Notes under the pieces: model-generated
The model's database searches: none
What the model saw: only the letters and a program-made list of their open reading frames with translations
Told to the model about the DNA's origin: nothing
Part shown: positions 38,891 through 41,292 of the stretch, in pieces
Layout of the letters: every line of letters begins with the position of its first letter
Numbering within the stretch: position 1 is the first letter of the stretch
Translations under genes and position numbers: made by a program
Source: a virus
Taxonomy: Duplodnaviria > Heunggongvirae > Uroviricota > Caudoviricetes
Strand: one strand, 5' to 3'
IMG/VR virus record: IMGVR_UViG_2718217795_000002
Coordinates: 1 to 41,292 of that record
Length of the DNA stretch: 41,292 nucleotides

Positions 38891-40084
38891 TCACTCCACC
38901 TTTTCATCAAGCCAGTCCGCCCACCATTGCATCATTTCTCTGCGCTTATCGAGATACTGAGCATGGTTGTAAATTCCACGTACAGATCCGCCGTTGGCAT
39001 GTGCCAGTTGCACTTCAATGGCGTCGGCAGGCCATTCGTGCTCGTTCATAATCGTGCTGAATTCATGCCTGAATCCGTGACCGCTTTCCAGACCTTCATA
39101 GCCGATTTGTTTGATCACAAGCAATACCGCGTTCTCGCAGATTGGCTTCTTCTTATCGTTGCGCCCGGCAAAAACAAACTCTGATACTGGTTTGGTGATT
39201 GAGCTTAGCGTAGTGAGAAGTTCAACCACCTGGTCTGACATCGGGACCACATGAATTTTGCGTCCCTTCATCACATTGGCGTCAATGGTGATAATCCTGT
39301 TTTCAAAATCGACGTTCTTCCATTGCATGGAACGAAGCTCTTTTGTTCTTAGGGCTGTGTAGCGTAAAACCTTGGTGGCAATGAGCGATACGATACTTCC
39401 TGAAAATGTTGCCAGTGCTTTATTGAATGCCGGGATCTGGTCTGCAGGAAGAAACGGGAAGTTCTTCTTGCGGTATCCCTTCATGGCGTCAGCAAGGTCA
39501 GGTGCTGGGTTATATTTAGCCCTTCCGGTGACAATAGCGTAACGGAAAACCTCGCCGCATCTTCTGCGGGCTTTGTTGGCTCGCTCCATTGCACCGCGAT
39601 CTTCAAATCTGCGGATTACTTCCAGCAGTTGCATCGGCTCAATATCCTGAATCTCAAGACCGCCGATGATAGGTAAAATGTCGTCGTCAAACATTTTGGC
39701 AAGTTCAGTCGCATACCCTACAGACCATACTTGCTTCTTGTGCTCGTACCATTCTTTGTAAATCGCACTAAAGGAATTGTTGTTAGACGAAGCCTTTTTC
39801 GCCTTTACCGGATCGATGCCAACCGAGATGTCTTTCCTCGCAGTCCATGCCTTATCCCTTGCCTCCTGCAAAGTCATTAGCGGATATTTTCCTACGGTCA
39901 GGACTTTCTCCTTACCGTCAATCTTGTAGCGAAGCTGCCATACCTTTTTCCCTGATACAGGGACATAAAGGTACAGGCCATTACCATCGAGTAGGCGGTA
40001 TGGTTTTTCTTTCGGCTTAGCTGCTTCAATCTGCTTAACGGTGAGCATGGGTAAAAATCCGGTGGGTAAAATTATTTTATCCAC
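38891..40084 (-). CDS. intS: Tyrosine integrase, P4-like family (IntS-type, argW-specific), 397 aa
   Basis: N-terminal MLTVKQIEAAKPKEKPYRLLDGNGLYLYV...; C-terminal catalytic R..HxxR..Y region; adjacent to argW. Confidence 0.95.
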   Translation of the reverse strand: MDKIILPTGFLPMLTVKQIEAAKPKEKPYRLLDGNGLYLYVPVSGKKVWQLRYKIDGKEKVLTVGKYPLMTLQEARDKAWTARKDISVGIDPVKAKKASSNNNSFSAIYKEWYEHKKQVWSVGYATELAKMFDDDILPIIGGLEIQDIEPMQLLEVIRRFEDRGAMERANKARRRCGEVFRYAIVTGRAKYNPAPDLADAMKGYRKKNFPFLPADQIPAFNKALATFSGSIVSLIATKVLRYTALRTKELRSMQWKNVDFENRIITIDANVMKGRKIHVVPMSDQVVELLTTLSSITKPVSEFVFAGRNDKKKPICENAVLLVIKQIGYEGLESGHGFRHEFSTIMNEHEWPADAIEVQLAHANGGSVRGIYNHAQYLDKRREMMQWWADWLDEKVE

Positions 40085-40209
40085 TTTTTACCCGTCATGG
40101 AGTGCGGCTGTCAACGATCTGACGCGAACCATGACGAACCGTGAATATACGGAAGGCTTGATATTCAGGGGATTTTGCGGACTGGTACGGATGGGAGCGA
40201 ACTGATAAA

Positions 40210-40224
40210 TGGTGTCCCCTGCAG
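40210..40224. repeat. attL core: 15 bp of the argW 3' end duplicated at 1690-1704
   Basis: Exact direct repeat. Confidence 0.8.
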
Positions 40225-40284
40225 GAATCGAACCTGCAATTAGCCCTTAGGAGGGGCTCGTTATATCCATTTAACTAAGAGGAC
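40210..40284 (-). tRNA. argW: tRNA-Arg (anticodon CCU), 75 nt including CCA
   Basis: Reverse complement reads GTCCTCTTAGTTAAATGGATATAACGAGCCCCTCCTAAGGGCTAATTGCAGGTTCGATTCCTGCAGGGGACACCA; cloverleaf-consistent, CCT anticodon in loop. Confidence 0.95.
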
Positions 40285-40359
40285 AATGCGGCATGAGTAT
40301 ACCCGCTAATGGACTGCGGGGTAAGTACGCTGCCGCTCGATTGCTTAAACCCTCGCCAT

Positions 40360-41292
40360 TTATGCCGGGTTTTTATCATTTTTCTTAATGTTTTCCGCAC
40401 GTTCTGCTTTTTGGCGTGCTTCTGCTTTGCGCTTGTTGCTCATGTCGTTACGAATCTGTGCATGACTCATTAACGCGAAGATAAAGGTGCCGCCGCAGAT
40501 GTTCCCCGCTAAAGTAGGTAGTGCGAAGGGCCAGATGAAATCGCTCCAGTGCAGCGTGCCGTTAAACACCAGATAGAGGATTTCTACAGAACCGACAACG
40601 ATGTGAGTGGTGTCACCCAGTGCAATAAGCCAGGTCATCAATATAATCACCACAATCTTTGCCGCACCCGCTGCAGGAAACATCCATACCATAGTGGCGA
40701 TCAGCCAGCCGGAAATGATCGCGTTGGCAAACATCTCGCTGGGGGTGTTCTTCATCACATCCATGCCGATTTTGACAAATGCATCGCGAGTTTCTTCATT
40801 GAAGATTGGCATATATTCAAATGCCCACGCCGCAATACCTGTCCCGAGAATATTACCCAGCAGCACGACGCCCCATAACCGCATAAGTAAGCCAACGTTG
40901 CTCATTGTCGGTTTTTGCATGACGGGTAGTACCGCAGTCACGGTGTTTTCGGTAAATAATTGCTGGCGGGCCATAATGACGATAATAAAACCAAAGGTAT
41001 AACCGAGATTCTCCAGCAAGAAGCTGCCCGGCACGCCTTCCAGTTCGACATGAAATATCCCTTTTGCCAGTAGCGAAGCGCCCATCGACAGACCCGCCGC
41101 AATGGCTGACCACAGTAGCGCCATTGCGTCGCGTTCCAGCTCTTTTTCACCATCCTGGCGGATATGCTCATGAATTGCCATCGCCCGGGAGGGGAGTCGA
41201 TCTTCATCTATTTCTATTTTTTTGCCGCGCTCTTTTTCTTCGCTCTCAACTTCAATTTCGTCGCTGTGTTGATCAATTTTGTCGTTGTCCAT
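40360..41292 (-). CDS. yfdC: Formate/nitrite transporter family inner-membrane protein YfdC, 310 aa
   Basis: Full ORF ending exactly at window edge; FNT-like TM pattern; known neighbour of argW in E. coli. Confidence 0.85.
   Translation of the reverse strand: MDNDKIDQHSDEIEVESEEKERGKKIEIDEDRLPSRAMAIHEHIRQDGEKELERDAMALLWSAIAAGLSMGASLLAKGIFHVELEGVPGSFLLENLGYTFGFIIVIMARQQLFTENTVTAVLPVMQKPTMSNVGLLMRLWGVVLLGNILGTGIAAWAFEYMPIFNEETRDAFVKIGMDVMKNTPSEMFANAIISGWLIATMVWMFPAAGAAKIVVIILMTWLIALGDTTHIVVGSVEILYLVFNGTLHWSDFIWPFALPTLAGNICGGTFIFALMSHAQIRNDMSNKRKAEARQKAERAENIKKNDKNPA

Larger units (their letters stand above)
1690..40224. mobile_element. Integrated mosaic prophage (lambda-like regulation, HK97-like head, Mu/SfV-like tail, gtr cassette, P4-type integrase) at argW
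   Basis: 15-bp direct repeats at both ends identical to the 3' end of tRNA-Arg; integrase adjacent to the tRNA; complete set of phage modules in between. Confidence 0.9.

Noticed and set aside
40549-41207. Plus- and minus-strand overlapping ORFs within yfdC
   Set aside because: Alternative frames of a well-supported transporter gene
1-41292. Search for CRISPR arrays, rRNA, IS elements/transposases and toxin-antitoxin pairs
   Set aside because: No regularly spaced direct repeats, no rRNA-like sequence, no transposase-like ORF or terminal inverted repeats, and no recognisable TA pair found by eye

Overview
The window is an Escherichia/Shigella-type chromosome segment carrying a complete-looking mosaic prophage of about 38.5 kb integrated at tRNA-Arg (argW). 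All calls rest on reading the ORF translations and sequence by eye and on recalled protein families; no searches were run. Layout: a cscB-like sucrose permease (1-1248) and a short gene fragment, then the prophage bounded by 15-bp direct repeats (1690-1704 and 40210-40224), then argW (minus strand, 40210-40284) and yfdC. Within the prophage, from left to right: (1) a minus-strand early-left operon with torI (excisionase-like), several uncharacterised accessory ORFs, RecT, kil-like and cIII-like small ORFs, a ral remnant broken by stop codons, and lambda-type N with a lambda-like nutL; (2) an immunity region with a chimeric CI, Cro, nutR and CII; (3) replication genes: O with internal ori iterons and a DnaB-like helicase; (4) a nin region (NinB, NinE, NinF, Rha-type antirepressor, YbcO-like, RusA, NinH); (5) lambda Q with pR' and a nearby terminator; (6) lysis genes S, R and an overlapped Rz/Rz1 pair; (7) an HNH endonuclease, terminase and HK97-like head genes; (8) a Mu/SfV-like contractile tail module with a -1 frameshifted tail chaperone, tail fibre and assembly protein; (9) a convergent gtrA-gtrB-gtrC O-antigen glucosylation cassette and the P4-type integrase IntS next to argW. 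I found no CRISPR array, rRNA, IS element or recognisable multi-gene defence system. The best candidates for something undescribed are the uncharacterised early-left cluster (2103-5090), the serotype-specific GtrC variant, and several small translationally coupled ORFs below the 60-aa cutoff of the ORF track.
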